From Candidatus Buchananbacteria bacterium CG10_big_fil_rev_8_21_14_0_10_33_19 (GTDB lineage: Bacteria; Patescibacteriota; Patescibacteriia; 2-01-FULL-39-33), in assembly GCA_002773855.1 (NCBI GenBank), contig PEZY01000012.1, positions 233,565 through 297,564 of the forward strand: a stretch of DNA of 64,000 nt. Direction: 5' to 3'. The translations under genes and the position numbers were made by a program. Positions 9,859-21,213 of the stretch are shown in pieces (positions within the stretch are counted from its first letter, which is position 1; each line of letters starts with the position of its first letter). Below the pieces are notes generated by a model that was not told the origin of the DNA, did no database searches, and worked only from the letters and a program-made list of their open reading frames with translations.

Positions 9859-11031
9859 ATGATCACTACCATAATAATATTTTTATTAGTTTTATCAGTA
9901 ATCGTTTTTGTCCATGAGATGGGCCATTTTGTCAGCGCTCGAAAAATGGGCGTGCGAGTCGAGGAATTTGGCTTGGGTATTCCACCACGCATGTTTGGCG
10001 TAAAAAAAGTGGACGGTAAGTTTAAAATGGTTTGGGGCAAAGGAGAATTAGACAAAGATAGCCCGACCGTTTATTCGCTTAATTGGTTTCCAGTTGGTGG
10101 TTTTGTAAAAATAAAAGGGGAGTCTGGTGAAGACGCTCAGTCAGAAGATAGCTTTGCGTATAAACCAGTTTGGCAAAGATCAGTAATGATTTCAGCCGGT
10201 GTTATTATGAATGTAGTATTGTGTATGGTGCTATTATCTATTGGCTTTGGCTTTGGTATGCCAGCCGCTGTAGATAATAATATTAGTGATAAAGCTATCG
10301 TTTCTAATAAGAGTATTCAGGTGATTCAACTACTGCCAGATGGTCAGGCTAAATTGGCTGGCATTGAGGCTGGTGATGTTATTGCTAAGGTTGGTGGTCA
10401 AGAATTTACTACAACATTAGAATTGAATGGATTTTTAGCTGATAAATTAGATCAAGAAGTAGTATTTGAAATTAAAAGAGGTGGTGAGATAATACAAAAA
10501 AATATCACTATTGGTAAATATTCTTTTGAAGGTAAGGAGTCAGTGGGTATTGGCGTGGGTTTGGTGGAAACAGCTATAGTTAAATATCCTTGGTATTTAG
10601 CAATTTACAAAGGAGTAATTGCTACTTTTATTTGGATGTGGGCGATTATTGTGGCTTTTGCGACGGTAATTAAAAATTTAATAGTTGGGGTACCAACTGG
10701 AGTAGAAGTAGCTGGTCCGGTGGGGATTGCAGTTTTAACTGGTCAGGCGGCTAAAATGGGTATAATTTATTTATTACAATTTACCGCTCTGTTGTCTTTA
10801 AATTTAGCGATTATAAATATTTTGCCTTTTCCAGCTTTGGATGGTGGTAGATTATTCTTTTTAATTTTAGAAAAAATTAGAGGCAAGGCTGTAAAACAGG
10901 AGTGGGAGAACGTTATTCATAATGTTGGCTTCCTATTTTTGATGGGCTTGGTATTATTAGTAACATTTGGTGATGTTATAAAATATGGCGGTGGTGTTTT
11001 TGGCGCCATTAAACATTTATTTGGTTTTTAA
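9859..11031 (+). CDS. rseP: RIP metalloprotease RseP with PDZ domain
   Basis: HEMGH, GGFVKIKGE and NILPFPALDGG motifs. Confidence 0.95.
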   Translation: MITTIIIFLLVLSVIVFVHEMGHFVSARKMGVRVEEFGLGIPPRMFGVKKVDGKFKMVWGKGELDKDSPTVYSLNWFPVGGFVKIKGESGEDAQSEDSFAYKPVWQRSVMISAGVIMNVVLCMVLLSIGFGFGMPAAVDNNISDKAIVSNKSIQVIQLLPDGQAKLAGIEAGDVIAKVGGQEFTTTLELNGFLADKLDQEVVFEIKRGGEIIQKNITIGKYSFEGKESVGIGVGLVETAIVKYPWYLAIYKGVIATFIWMWAIIVAFATVIKNLIVGVPTGVEVAGPVGIAVLTGQAAKMGIIYLLQFTALLSLNLAIINILPFPALDGGRLFFLILEKIRGKAVKQEWENVIHNVGFLFLMGLVLLVTFGDVIKYGGGVFGAIKHLFGF

Positions 11032-11102
11032 ATATAGAGTAAAAACTTTTAGAGTAATTGCCTAATTATAATTAAGAATTAGGTTTTATAGTTAATTAAT
11101 TT

Positions 11103-11450
11103 ATGAAAATTCCAGTAGCAGTTAATATAAATCCGGATTTAGTTATGCGACGAAGTGGCTATGGCTTTTTGCGCGATAGACAACATGGCACAGAAAGTTA
11201 TGTCCGTAGATTGGGTAGTGGTTTTTATCCACGGTTTCATGTTTATGTCCAAAATAATAGTATAAATCTTCATTTGGATCAAAAGCAAGCTAGTTATGGT
11301 GGTACTTCGGCTCACAGTGGTGAATATGATGGTGAAGTCGTAGAAAGAGAGGGCGAGAGAATTAAGGTAGTGATGAGTGGTTTAGTTACCTCAGAAAATC
11401 CACCAAAAGCAGAAGAAAAAAAGGGTTTTTGGCAGAGTATTTTGGGTTAA
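11103..11450 (+). CDS. Conserved hypothetical protein (CPR-type)
   Basis: 115-aa ORF with YPRFHVY...NLHLDQK...HSGEYDG pattern. Confidence 0.75.
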   Translation: MKIPVAVNINPDLVMRRSGYGFLRDRQHGTESYVRRLGSGFYPRFHVYVQNNSINLHLDQKQASYGGTSAHSGEYDGEVVEREGERIKVVMSGLVTSENPPKAEEKKGFWQSILG

Positions 11451-11519
11451 AAATAGCTTTTGACAAAAGACTTAAAAAATGAAAAAATACTGTTAATCAA
11501 TAACTCAATTATCAATAAT

Positions 11520-12746
11520 ATGAGGCAATCTAAGCTTTTCACAAAAACTCGAAATACAGCGCCTAAAGACGCTGTTAGTGCATCCCATAAATATTTAATT
11601 CAAGGTGGCTTTGCCGATATGCTAATGGCCGGAGTTTATACTTATTTGCCGTTGGGTTATCGAGTGATTAAAAATATTTCTAATATCATTAGAGAAGAAA
11701 TGGATAAAACCGGTGCTCAAGAAATGTTGATGCCAGCATTGCAACCAAAAGGTATTTGGGATGAAACTGGTAGATGGGAAAGTTTAGAAGAAATTATGTA
11801 TCAGTTTAAAGATCGATCCGGTAAAGATGCTGGACTGGGAGCCACTCATGAGGAAGTAATTTATGATATTGTTAGACGCAATATTAATTCTTATAAAGAT
11901 TTGCCATTTGCCATTTATCAAATCCAAAATAAATTTCGAAATGAGCTGCGAGCTAAAGGCGGATTAATGCGGGGTCGAGAATTTATGATGAAAGATTTAT
12001 ATAGTTTTCATATTTCTCAGGAAGATTTAGATGAGTATTATAATGAAATGATCAATGTGTATAAACGAGTATATGAGCGTTGTGGCTTAGAGGCGAAGGT
12101 GGTAGAGGCTTCTGGTGGTGTGTTTACTAAAAAATATTCTCATGAATTTCAAATCATCGCTGAAGCTGGTGAAGATGATATTATTTATTGTACTAAATGT
12201 GATTTTGCTCAGAATACCGAAATAGCCAAATCAAAAGCTGGTGATGCTTGTCCTAAATGTGGCGAAAATCTAAAACAGGGTAAAAGCATTGAGGCCGGCA
12301 ATATATTCCAGTTTGGTGATCAATATGCCAAGGATATGAACGGTTATGCCAGCAATAAAGACGGCGAGAAAAAACCAATTTTTATGGCAAGTTATGGTAT
12401 TGGTATTAGTCGGCTAGTAGCGACAATTGTCGAAATATACAATGATGATAAAGGAATTATTTGGCCAGAAAGTGTAGCTCCATTTAAAGCTCATTTGATT
12501 TCTTTGAATAAAAACGAAGAAGCTGAGGTTATTTATGATAAATTAGTTAAAGCAGGTGTTGATGTTTTATATGACGATCGTGATTCTTCAGCTGGTGAGA
12601 AATTTTCTGATGCTGATTTACTAGGTATTCCATATCGTTTGGTAATCAGTAAAAAAACTGGAGATCAAATTGAGGTTAAAAAAAGAAATGAAGAAAATTC
12701 AGAGATATTAAGTATTGATGAAGTAATGGGTTTAATTCAAAAATAA
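11520..12746 (+). CDS. proS: Proline--tRNA ligase, compact form lacking the INS editing domain
   Basis: MRQSKLF start (ATG 11520), FRNELRAKGGLMRGREFMMKDLYSF, MASYGIGISR and GIIWPESVAP; Zn ribbon CTKC...CPKC. Confidence 0.95.
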   Translation: MRQSKLFTKTRNTAPKDAVSASHKYLIQGGFADMLMAGVYTYLPLGYRVIKNISNIIREEMDKTGAQEMLMPALQPKGIWDETGRWESLEEIMYQFKDRSGKDAGLGATHEEVIYDIVRRNINSYKDLPFAIYQIQNKFRNELRAKGGLMRGREFMMKDLYSFHISQEDLDEYYNEMINVYKRVYERCGLEAKVVEASGGVFTKKYSHEFQIIAEAGEDDIIYCTKCDFAQNTEIAKSKAGDACPKCGENLKQGKSIEAGNIFQFGDQYAKDMNGYASNKDGEKKPIFMASYGIGISRLVATIVEIYNDDKGIIWPESVAPFKAHLISLNKNEEAEVIYDKLVKAGVDVLYDDRDSSAGEKFSDADLLGIPYRLVISKKTGDQIEVKKRNEENSEILSIDEVMGLIQK

Positions 12747-12788
12747 TTTTATACGTTTTGTGTTATATGTTATACGATATGAGAATTT

Positions 12789-13826
12789 ATGTTCAAAAAA
12801 CTAACAAGAAAATTCAGTAAGGGTTTAGGTATTGATTTAGGTAGTACCAAAACTATGATCTATCAGCAAGATAGGGGTATTGTAGTTAATGAGTCCTCAA
12901 TAGTGGCAGTCAATAACCGCACCGATCAAATTTTAGCGGTAGGAGATGAAGCTAGAAGAATGATGGGTAAGACGCCACCTCATATTATTGCGACTGCACC
13001 ATTATACCATGGCATTATTTCTGATTTTGAAATTACCGAAAAAATGCTTAAATATTTGATGGATAAAGTGCGAGCCGGTAAGTTTGCTTTTTCGGCTAAA
13101 CCGAGAGTAGTAGTGGGTGTGCCGTTGGATTTAACTGAAGTAGAAAAAAAAGCGGTAGAAGATGTGGTGATGTCAGCTGGTTCTAGTCAGGTTAACTTGG
13201 TAGAGAATATTATGGCAGCGGCTGTGGGAGCTAGAATTCCAATTCAAGATCCGTCTGGTAATATGATTGTTAATTTAGGTGGTGGTCTAACCGAGATTGC
13301 GGTTATATCACTGGATGGTATTGTAAATTGGAAAGTCACCAGAACTGCTGGACTAAGTTTAGATAAGGATATTATTAAATTTGCTCGTGATGAGTTTAAT
13401 TTGGTTTTGGGCGAAATGGTAGCTGAAGATATTAAAAGAAAAATTGGTTCGGCTCTAGAATTAGAAGAACCAATTGAGATGCAAATGCGTGGTCGAGATG
13501 TAATGTCTGGATTGCCAAAAGAATTTGATATTAATGATATGCAAATTAGAGACGCTATGCATAAATCAATTCAACATATTTTAGATACAATTAAGGCGAC
13601 ACTAGAAACCACACCGCCAGAGTTGGTAGCTGATATTTATCAAAAAGGCATTATTTTAACCGGTGGCGTGGCTATGCTTAAAAATATCGATAAATTTATT
13701 GCTCAGGGTATTGAAATACCGGTGCACGTAGCCGACGACCCTCAAACTTGCACGGTTAGAGGCATGGGGGTAATTATTGAGGATGAGGTGTTACTGCAAG
13801 ATATATTGGTGCCATCATCTCAATAG
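12789..13826 (+). CDS. mreB: MreB-like actin homolog heading mreBCD-mrdA (divergent copy)
   Basis: GIDLGS, GRDVMSGLP and TPPELVADI motifs; synteny with mreC, mreD and mrdA. Confidence 0.9.
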   Translation: MFKKLTRKFSKGLGIDLGSTKTMIYQQDRGIVVNESSIVAVNNRTDQILAVGDEARRMMGKTPPHIIATAPLYHGIISDFEITEKMLKYLMDKVRAGKFAFSAKPRVVVGVPLDLTEVEKKAVEDVVMSAGSSQVNLVENIMAAAVGARIPIQDPSGNMIVNLGGGLTEIAVISLDGIVNWKVTRTAGLSLDKDIIKFARDEFNLVLGEMVAEDIKRKIGSALELEEPIEMQMRGRDVMSGLPKEFDINDMQIRDAMHKSIQHILDTIKATLETTPPELVADIYQKGIILTGGVAMLKNIDKFIAQGIEIPVHVADDPQTCTVRGMGVIIEDEVLLQDILVPSSQ

Positions 13827-13858
13827 ATGCTGTTTTTTAAAAAAATAAAAGTTTAATT

Positions 13859-14653
13859 ATGAACAATTTTTTTAAGTTGATAATTTTTGGCTTGTTGACT
13901 ATTTTTTTATTGGTGATTTTTCATTACATTAATTTATTTAATCCAATTGAGGGTTATATCATTAAATTACTTAGTCCAATTCAAGAGAAAACTTATTCAA
14001 TGGTTTTAGGTGCCAAAGAATTTAAAACTAATTGGATTAATAAAAGAGATTTAATAGAGGAAAATAAGGCTTTAGAGCAGAAATTAAAAGAATTAAAAGT
14101 TGATAGATCAAAAGTTAATAGTTTAGAAAGTGAAAATAAGCTATTGAAAGATGAATTGAGATTTATCAAAGAATCACAATTAAATACCGTAACTGCCAAA
14201 ATTATTACTGGTGTTTCTGATTCACTTTCTAAATCAGTAGTTATTAATCATGGTTCTGATAGTGGCATAGAAAAAGGCATGGCTGTGATATCTGGCGATG
14301 GTATTATGATTGGTAAGATATACGAAGTATATTCAGACCATAGTAAGGTTTTGCTTTTAACCGATAATAAAAGTAGAGTAGCGGCGACTATTCAGAATTT
14401 AGATAAGACCACTGGTTTGGTTGAGGGGCAGTTTGGTTTGAGTTTTTCGATGACCAATATCCCTCAGGATCAAGAGATTAAAGAGGGCGATTTAATCGTA
14501 TCGTCTGGCTTGGAAGGTAAAATTCCCAAAGATCTTCTAATTGCTCAAGTTGATAGTATTAATCAAGTAGAAAGTGAAATTTTTAAGACAGCCTTGCTTA
14601 GTCCGATTGTATCTTTAGATAACTTAAGTTATGTTTTGGTAATTGTGCCTTAA
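13859..14653 (+). CDS. mreC: Rod shape-determining protein MreC
   Basis: TM plus coiled coil, INHGSDSGIEKGMAV and GDLIVSSGLEG; synteny. Confidence 0.93.
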   Translation: MNNFFKLIIFGLLTIFLLVIFHYINLFNPIEGYIIKLLSPIQEKTYSMVLGAKEFKTNWINKRDLIEENKALEQKLKELKVDRSKVNSLESENKLLKDELRFIKESQLNTVTAKIITGVSDSLSKSVVINHGSDSGIEKGMAVISGDGIMIGKIYEVYSDHSKVLLLTDNKSRVAATIQNLDKTTGLVEGQFGLSFSMTNIPQDQEIKEGDLIVSSGLEGKIPKDLLIAQVDSINQVESEIFKTALLSPIVSLDNLSYVLVIVP

Positions 14654-14658
14654 TTATT

Positions 14659-15180
14659 ATGTGGTATAAAATTTTAATTTCAACAATTATTATTGCTTTG
14701 GTGGCAATATTTCAAATTACTTTGCTGGGTAGTTTTGGCGACTACTTATCTAGCTTTAATTTGCTATTGGCAGTTTTGGTGTTATTATTATTTTTAATAG
14801 ATTTTAAGTGGATAATGTATTTTACGATTACAGCTGGATTAATATTGGATATTTATTCTTCTTTACCATTTGGTATATTTATGGTGTCAATGTTTTTGGC
14901 GATAACAGTGTCTAATTTCTTGCTGCTTAATTTTTTTACTAATAGATCGTTTTACGCAGTAGCTTCGGTGGGCTTGATGGCTATTTTATCATTTAATTGT
15001 GTGTTCTTGGGTGTTTCTGGTTTAACATATGTCTTGGGTGTAAGTGATTTTTATATTGATAAAAATTATTGGTTACGACTTTTATTCCAAATCATAAATA
15101 TATTAATAATTTTGGTTGGTTTGTTTTTTATTATTAATTTATCATCTCGTAGATTCAAACCTAATTTTGTTAGATCATGA
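14659..15180 (+). CDS. mreD: MreD-like membrane protein
   Basis: About 5 TM with GLILDIYS motif, between mreC and mrdA. Confidence 0.75.
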   Translation: MWYKILISTIIIALVAIFQITLLGSFGDYLSSFNLLLAVLVLLLFLIDFKWIMYFTITAGLILDIYSSLPFGIFMVSMFLAITVSNFLLLNFFTNRSFYAVASVGLMAILSFNCVFLGVSGLTYVLGVSDFYIDKNYWLRLLFQIINILIILVGLFFIINLSSRRFKPNFVRS

Positions 15181-17090
15181 GTAAAACTAATAAAGATTTT
15201 TTCATTGTTGAGAATATAAATATTGGTCGTAAAAATTCACTTAATTGGGTGGAGGATAGTTTTAATTCTGGTTTAAATGATACTGATAATTTTGGTAATA
15301 AGCAATTTTTGAGTTTAGCGTTAGGAGAAAAAAAATTAAAGTTGTTTTTATTTTTTTTGATGTTTAGTTTGTTGATTTTATTGGGCAAAAGTTTTTATTT
15401 GCAAATAATGAATGGCAACCAGTATTTTTCTTTAGCTGAAAATAATAGAATTAGGACAAAATATATTAAAGCTCAGAGAGGTATTTTTTATGATGCCAGT
15501 GGTGAAGTTCTGGTAAGAAATATTTCTGGTTTCTCTTTATTTATTACGCCATCTGATTTACCTCGAGTGGCTAGCGAGAGAGATGATGTGATTAATAAAA
15601 TTTCTTCGATCATTGGTTTAAGTGGTAAGGAAATAGCTGATAAGTTATCTGATTATAAATATTTTTTTCAGCCAATTACTGTGGAAACTGGTATTGATTA
15701 TCAAAGAGCTATGGCTTTAAAAATTGCTAGTGCTGATTTGCCAGGCGTATCATTGGAAATAGATACTTGGCGTCAGTATTTGGGTGGCGATAGCTTTTCT
15801 CATATTTTAGGCTATGTAGGTAAAATTAATGCCGAAGAGTATGAAGCCAAGAAAGATTCGTATATGTTGAGTGATAATATTGGTAAAATTGGCCTAGAAA
15901 AAACTTATGAAGATTTATTGAAAGGCGAACATGGTAAAAAATTAATTGAAGTAGATGCTTTTGGTCAAGAGAAAAAAGTGATTTCCAGAACGGAATTTAC
16001 TTCAGGCAATGATTTAGTGTTGTCAGTTGATGCAGACTTACAAAGAAAGGTTTATGAGATTTTAGAATCTAAACTACAACGTCAGAAAGCGGCCGTCGTG
16101 ATAATTTCTAATCCCCAAACTGGTGAAATATTGTCTTTAGTTGATTATCCTAATTATGATAATAATCTTTTTGCTCTAGGTATTGATTTTGTTAGCTATA
16201 AGAAGCTATTAGATGATGGACAGAAGCCATTGTTTATGCGTTCTATTTCTGGTGAGTATCCATCTGGCTCGACTGTAAAAATTGTCATTGCCGCCGCCGC
16301 CCTAGAAGAGGAAATAATTACCAAAAATACTTCTATTTTAAGTAATGGTGGTATAAATGTTGGTCAATGGTTTTTTCCCGATTGGAAAGCTGGTGGTCAT
16401 GGTAATACTAATGTGATTAAGGCCATTGCTCAATCTGTGAATACTTATTTTTATTATATTGGTGGTGGCTTTGGAGATTTCAAGGGATTAGGAGTTGAAT
16501 TGTTGGGTAAATATATGAGATTATTTGGTTTGGGAGAAAAATTAGGAATTGATGTGACTGGCGAACGCGATGGTTTTGTGCCAACTCAAGAATGGAAAAA
16601 TAATGTTAAAAATGAACCATGGTATATTGGTGATACTTATCATTTATCTATCGGTCAGGGTGATTTACTGGTAACTCCACTGCAGGTTAATTCTTATACT
16701 AATGTCATAGCTAATGGTGGCAAATTATACAAACCAAAATTAGTTAAAGAAATAGTCTACAATGGTGGCGAAAGAGAAATTGTCATGCCAGAAATTATCA
16801 GACAAGATTTTATCAGTAGCGCTAACATAAATATAGTTAGAGAGGCTATGCGAGAAACTGTTATATCGGGCTCGGCTAGAAGCTTGAATTATTTGCCAGT
16901 GATGGTGGCTGGTAAAACTGGAACGGCTCAGTGGAATAGTAATAAAGAAAACCATGCTTGGTTTACTGGTTTTGCACCCTACAATAATCCTACTTTTAGT
17001 ATTACGGTTTTGGTAGAAGAAGGCGGTGAGGGTAGTTCTATCGCTTCGCCAATTGCTAGGGATATTTTAGCTTATTGGTTTGGCAAATAA
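15177..17090 (+). CDS. mrdA: Penicillin-binding protein 2
   Basis: SxxK (GSTVK), SxN (SVN) and KTG (AGKTGTAQ) motifs; N-terminal TM. Confidence 0.95.
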   Translation: MSKTNKDFFIVENINIGRKNSLNWVEDSFNSGLNDTDNFGNKQFLSLALGEKKLKLFLFFLMFSLLILLGKSFYLQIMNGNQYFSLAENNRIRTKYIKAQRGIFYDASGEVLVRNISGFSLFITPSDLPRVASERDDVINKISSIIGLSGKEIADKLSDYKYFFQPITVETGIDYQRAMALKIASADLPGVSLEIDTWRQYLGGDSFSHILGYVGKINAEEYEAKKDSYMLSDNIGKIGLEKTYEDLLKGEHGKKLIEVDAFGQEKKVISRTEFTSGNDLVLSVDADLQRKVYEILESKLQRQKAAVVIISNPQTGEILSLVDYPNYDNNLFALGIDFVSYKKLLDDGQKPLFMRSISGEYPSGSTVKIVIAAAALEEEIITKNTSILSNGGINVGQWFFPDWKAGGHGNTNVIKAIAQSVNTYFYYIGGGFGDFKGLGVELLGKYMRLFGLGEKLGIDVTGERDGFVPTQEWKNNVKNEPWYIGDTYHLSIGQGDLLVTPLQVNSYTNVIANGGKLYKPKLVKEIVYNGGEREIVMPEIIRQDFISSANINIVREAMRETVISGSARSLNYLPVMVAGKTGTAQWNSNKENHAWFTGFAPYNNPTFSITVLVEEGGEGSSIASPIARDILAYWFGK

Positions 17091-17098
17091 TCATAGTA

Positions 17099-17127
17099 TT
17101 GACACAATCTATTATAACTTATATACT
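17099..17127 (+). promoter_or_regulatory. sigma70 promoter of greA
   Basis: TTGACA-N17-TATACT. Confidence 0.7.
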
Positions 17128-17175
17128 GTAAACTATATTGATTTTAAAATATATCGAATTAAGAATTTATAAAAC

Positions 17176-17637
17176 ATGAAAGACAACTATATTTCCAAGG
17201 AAGGTTTAGTTAAAACTAAAGAAGAATTGGAAGAATTAAAAAACGTTAAAAGACCAGTAGTTATTGAAAAAATAGCCAGAGCCAGAGAGCAGGGCGATCT
17301 ATCAGAAAATGCTGAATATCATGAAGCTCGAGAAGAGCAGAGTTTTATTGAGGGCAAAATTAAAGAGTTAGAATATGTTATTAAGCATTCAATTGTCATA
17401 AAAAGTGATAAGAAATCGAGCGTGGTTAATATTGGTTCAACGGTTCATGCCACTTGTGATAATGGTATGAAAATAAAATACACTATTGTCGGCCACACTG
17501 AGGCTGATCCAGCTAGTGGCAAGATATCTAACGAGTCACCACTAGGCAAAGCTTTTATTGGTAAGCCCATTGGTCATGAATTCGAACTAAATATTCCAGC
17601 TGGTAAGATAAAATGTAAAATTGATAAAATAGATTAA
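17176..17637 (+). CDS. greA: Transcription elongation factor GreA
   Basis: GDLSENAEY and ISNESPLGKA motifs. Confidence 0.97.
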   Translation: MKDNYISKEGLVKTKEELEELKNVKRPVVIEKIARAREQGDLSENAEYHEAREEQSFIEGKIKELEYVIKHSIVIKSDKKSSVVNIGSTVHATCDNGMKIKYTIVGHTEADPASGKISNESPLGKAFIGKPIGHEFELNIPAGKIKCKIDKID

Positions 17638-17643
17638 ATATTT

Positions 17644-17668
17644 AAAGCCACTCGAAAGAGTGGTTTTT
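17644..17668 (+). terminator. Intrinsic terminator of greA
   Basis: AAAGCCACTC-GAAA-GAGTGGTTTTT. Confidence 0.8.
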
Positions 17669-17689
17669 AGTTTGTCTATTTGATTATCA

Positions 17690-17784
17690 TTGACATTTAG
17701 TATTTATTGTTGTAATTTATTAATTATTGTTTAGTACTTTAAAATTTGCTTTAGAAAATAGTTTAAACAAGCAGGAGAGATGAG
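17690..17784 (+). promoter_or_regulatory. Cassette leader: promoter + boxA-like motif + SD
   Basis: TTGACA 17690-N17-TAATTT; AGTACTTTAAAA 17733-17744; AGGAG 7 nt before ATG. Confidence 0.65.
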
Positions 17785-18501
17785 ATGAAAATTAAAATGA
17801 CCGACCTAGAGGGTTATTTCAAATCTTTGAGTGAAAAGGAATTATCAGAAATTTTAATTAGAGAAATTTCTAGATTAAATCCAAATTTAAATTTTGTTGA
17901 ATATCTTATTTCACTGGGTGCTAATGTAGATAATTCAAAAAATTTTTATCGGCCATCTATTTCACCTCTGTATCAAGCGGCTTCCAGTGGCAATTTGTCG
18001 GTTTTTAAGTTATTACTCGATTCAGGAGCTAATGTTTACGAAGAAATAATGTTTAAAGGGTCGCCACTGCACATCGCAGCAGCATGCGGACATTTGGAAA
18101 TTATTAAATACATATTGTCTTTAGGTGTGGGTGTTGACTATACTAGCTCAATTGCCATAACACCATTACATTTAGCGGCTAAAAATGGTCAATTGAAAGT
18201 GATTGAATTCTTGCTAGATTTTGGTGCCAATATTGATAGTGAATCTACTTATAGAACACCAATACATTGGGCAGTTATTGGTAATCAATTAGCAACAGTT
18301 GAACTCCTCATTTCTCGAGGTGCTAATTTAGATAATATTTATTATGGTAACGATGGTTATGGCGGTAAAGATTTGGATTTAATTGGAGTAGCCTTAACTG
18401 AAAGTTTGGATATTAATATGGGTCATATAGTGACTGCGGAAAGTCGCAGAATTGCTCAAATTATTGAAAAAGCAAAAAAAGCTAGAAAAACAAAAAGCTG
18501 A
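17785..18501 (+). CDS. Ankyrin-repeat protein
   Basis: Four clear repeats (SPLYQAA, SPLHIAA, TPLHLAA, TPIHWAV...GANx) plus a partial N-terminal repeat. Confidence 0.92.
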   Translation: MKIKMTDLEGYFKSLSEKELSEILIREISRLNPNLNFVEYLISLGANVDNSKNFYRPSISPLYQAASSGNLSVFKLLLDSGANVYEEIMFKGSPLHIAAACGHLEIIKYILSLGVGVDYTSSIAITPLHLAAKNGQLKVIEFLLDFGANIDSESTYRTPIHWAVIGNQLATVELLISRGANLDNIYYGNDGYGGKDLDLIGVALTESLDINMGHIVTAESRRIAQIIEKAKKARKTKS

Positions 18502-18522
18502 TAATAGATTATCAGCTTTTTT
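18492..18522. terminator. Bidirectional terminator between the ankyrin gene and gyrB
   Basis: AAAAAGCTGATAAT-AG-ATTATCAGCTTTTT. Confidence 0.75.
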
Positions 18523-18533
18523 ATTTTACGATT

Positions 18534-20654
<2,121 letters not shown>

Positions 20655-20687
20655 TCAGCAAGTATAATAAGCCTAAATATTGCTAAT

Positions 20688-20713
20688 AAAAAATGCCAAC
20701 ATTGTTGGCATTT
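20688..20713 (-). terminator. Terminator of the 20712-21098 orphan gene
   Basis: AAATGCCAAC...GTTGGCATTT inverted repeat, preceded on the + strand by an A-run (U-tract on minus). Confidence 0.65.
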
Positions 20714-21098
20714 AGGTGTATATTTGGATGGCAGCTGGTTCATACCTGGCTACAGTTAATTCAATGAAGCTGTCTTTATCAGTGCGTCTGATAAACCAAC
20801 CACCTCGTCTTAATAGTTTAATTATTTTTTTTCTTTCAATTATTTGGTCTGGTTTTATAGCCACTATAGCCAAGGTCAATGGTTCTGGATTTTCAGGGTT
20901 TATGATGGCTAGGGAAGTACGTTTACTGGTTTCTATGGCTAAAGCCAAGTCAAACATTAAATTAATAAACATTTTAGGCGCTCTGTCTAATTCTAGTAAT
21001 TCAATTTTGGTGACTAGTATGTCAAAGGCACAAGTTAAATCAGCGGGATTAATAATATTATTAGGATCAATTGTTTTGTAGTAGTCTAAATTGCTCAT
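20712..21098 (-). CDS. Hypothetical protein (orphan cassette)
   Basis: 128-aa ORF with own promoter, AGGGAG SD 7 nt before ATG and terminator. Confidence 0.75.
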   Translation of the reverse strand: MSNLDYYKTIDPNNIINPADLTCAFDILVTKIELLELDRAPKMFINLMFDLALAIETSKRTSLAIINPENPEPLTLAIVAIKPDQIIERKKIIKLLRRGGWFIRRTDKDSFIELTVARYEPAAIQIYT

Positions 21099-21170
21099 GA
21101 ATTTACTCCCTGGGTTTTTATGAAAAGTACTAATGCTTTTATATTAGTGTACTTGATTAATAATTGTCAA
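21099..21170 (-). promoter_or_regulatory. Cassette leader: promoter + boxA-like motif + SD
   Basis: Minus strand: TTGACA-N18-TAATAT; AGTACTTTTCAT (21131-21120); AGGGAG. Confidence 0.65.
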
Positions 21171-21213
21171 TATATTAGTGCTATAAAAGATAAAATTATG
21201 GTATAATAAAAAT

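Noticed and set aside
17780-17788. ATG-AGA-TGA minigene overlapping the ankyrin start
   Set aside because: Only 2 nt from the SD; spacing favours ATG 17785, so it is probably incidental.
20716-21081. 121-aa plus-strand ORF opposite the 20712-21098 gene
   Set aside because: Promoter, motif, SD and terminator all support the minus-strand ORF.
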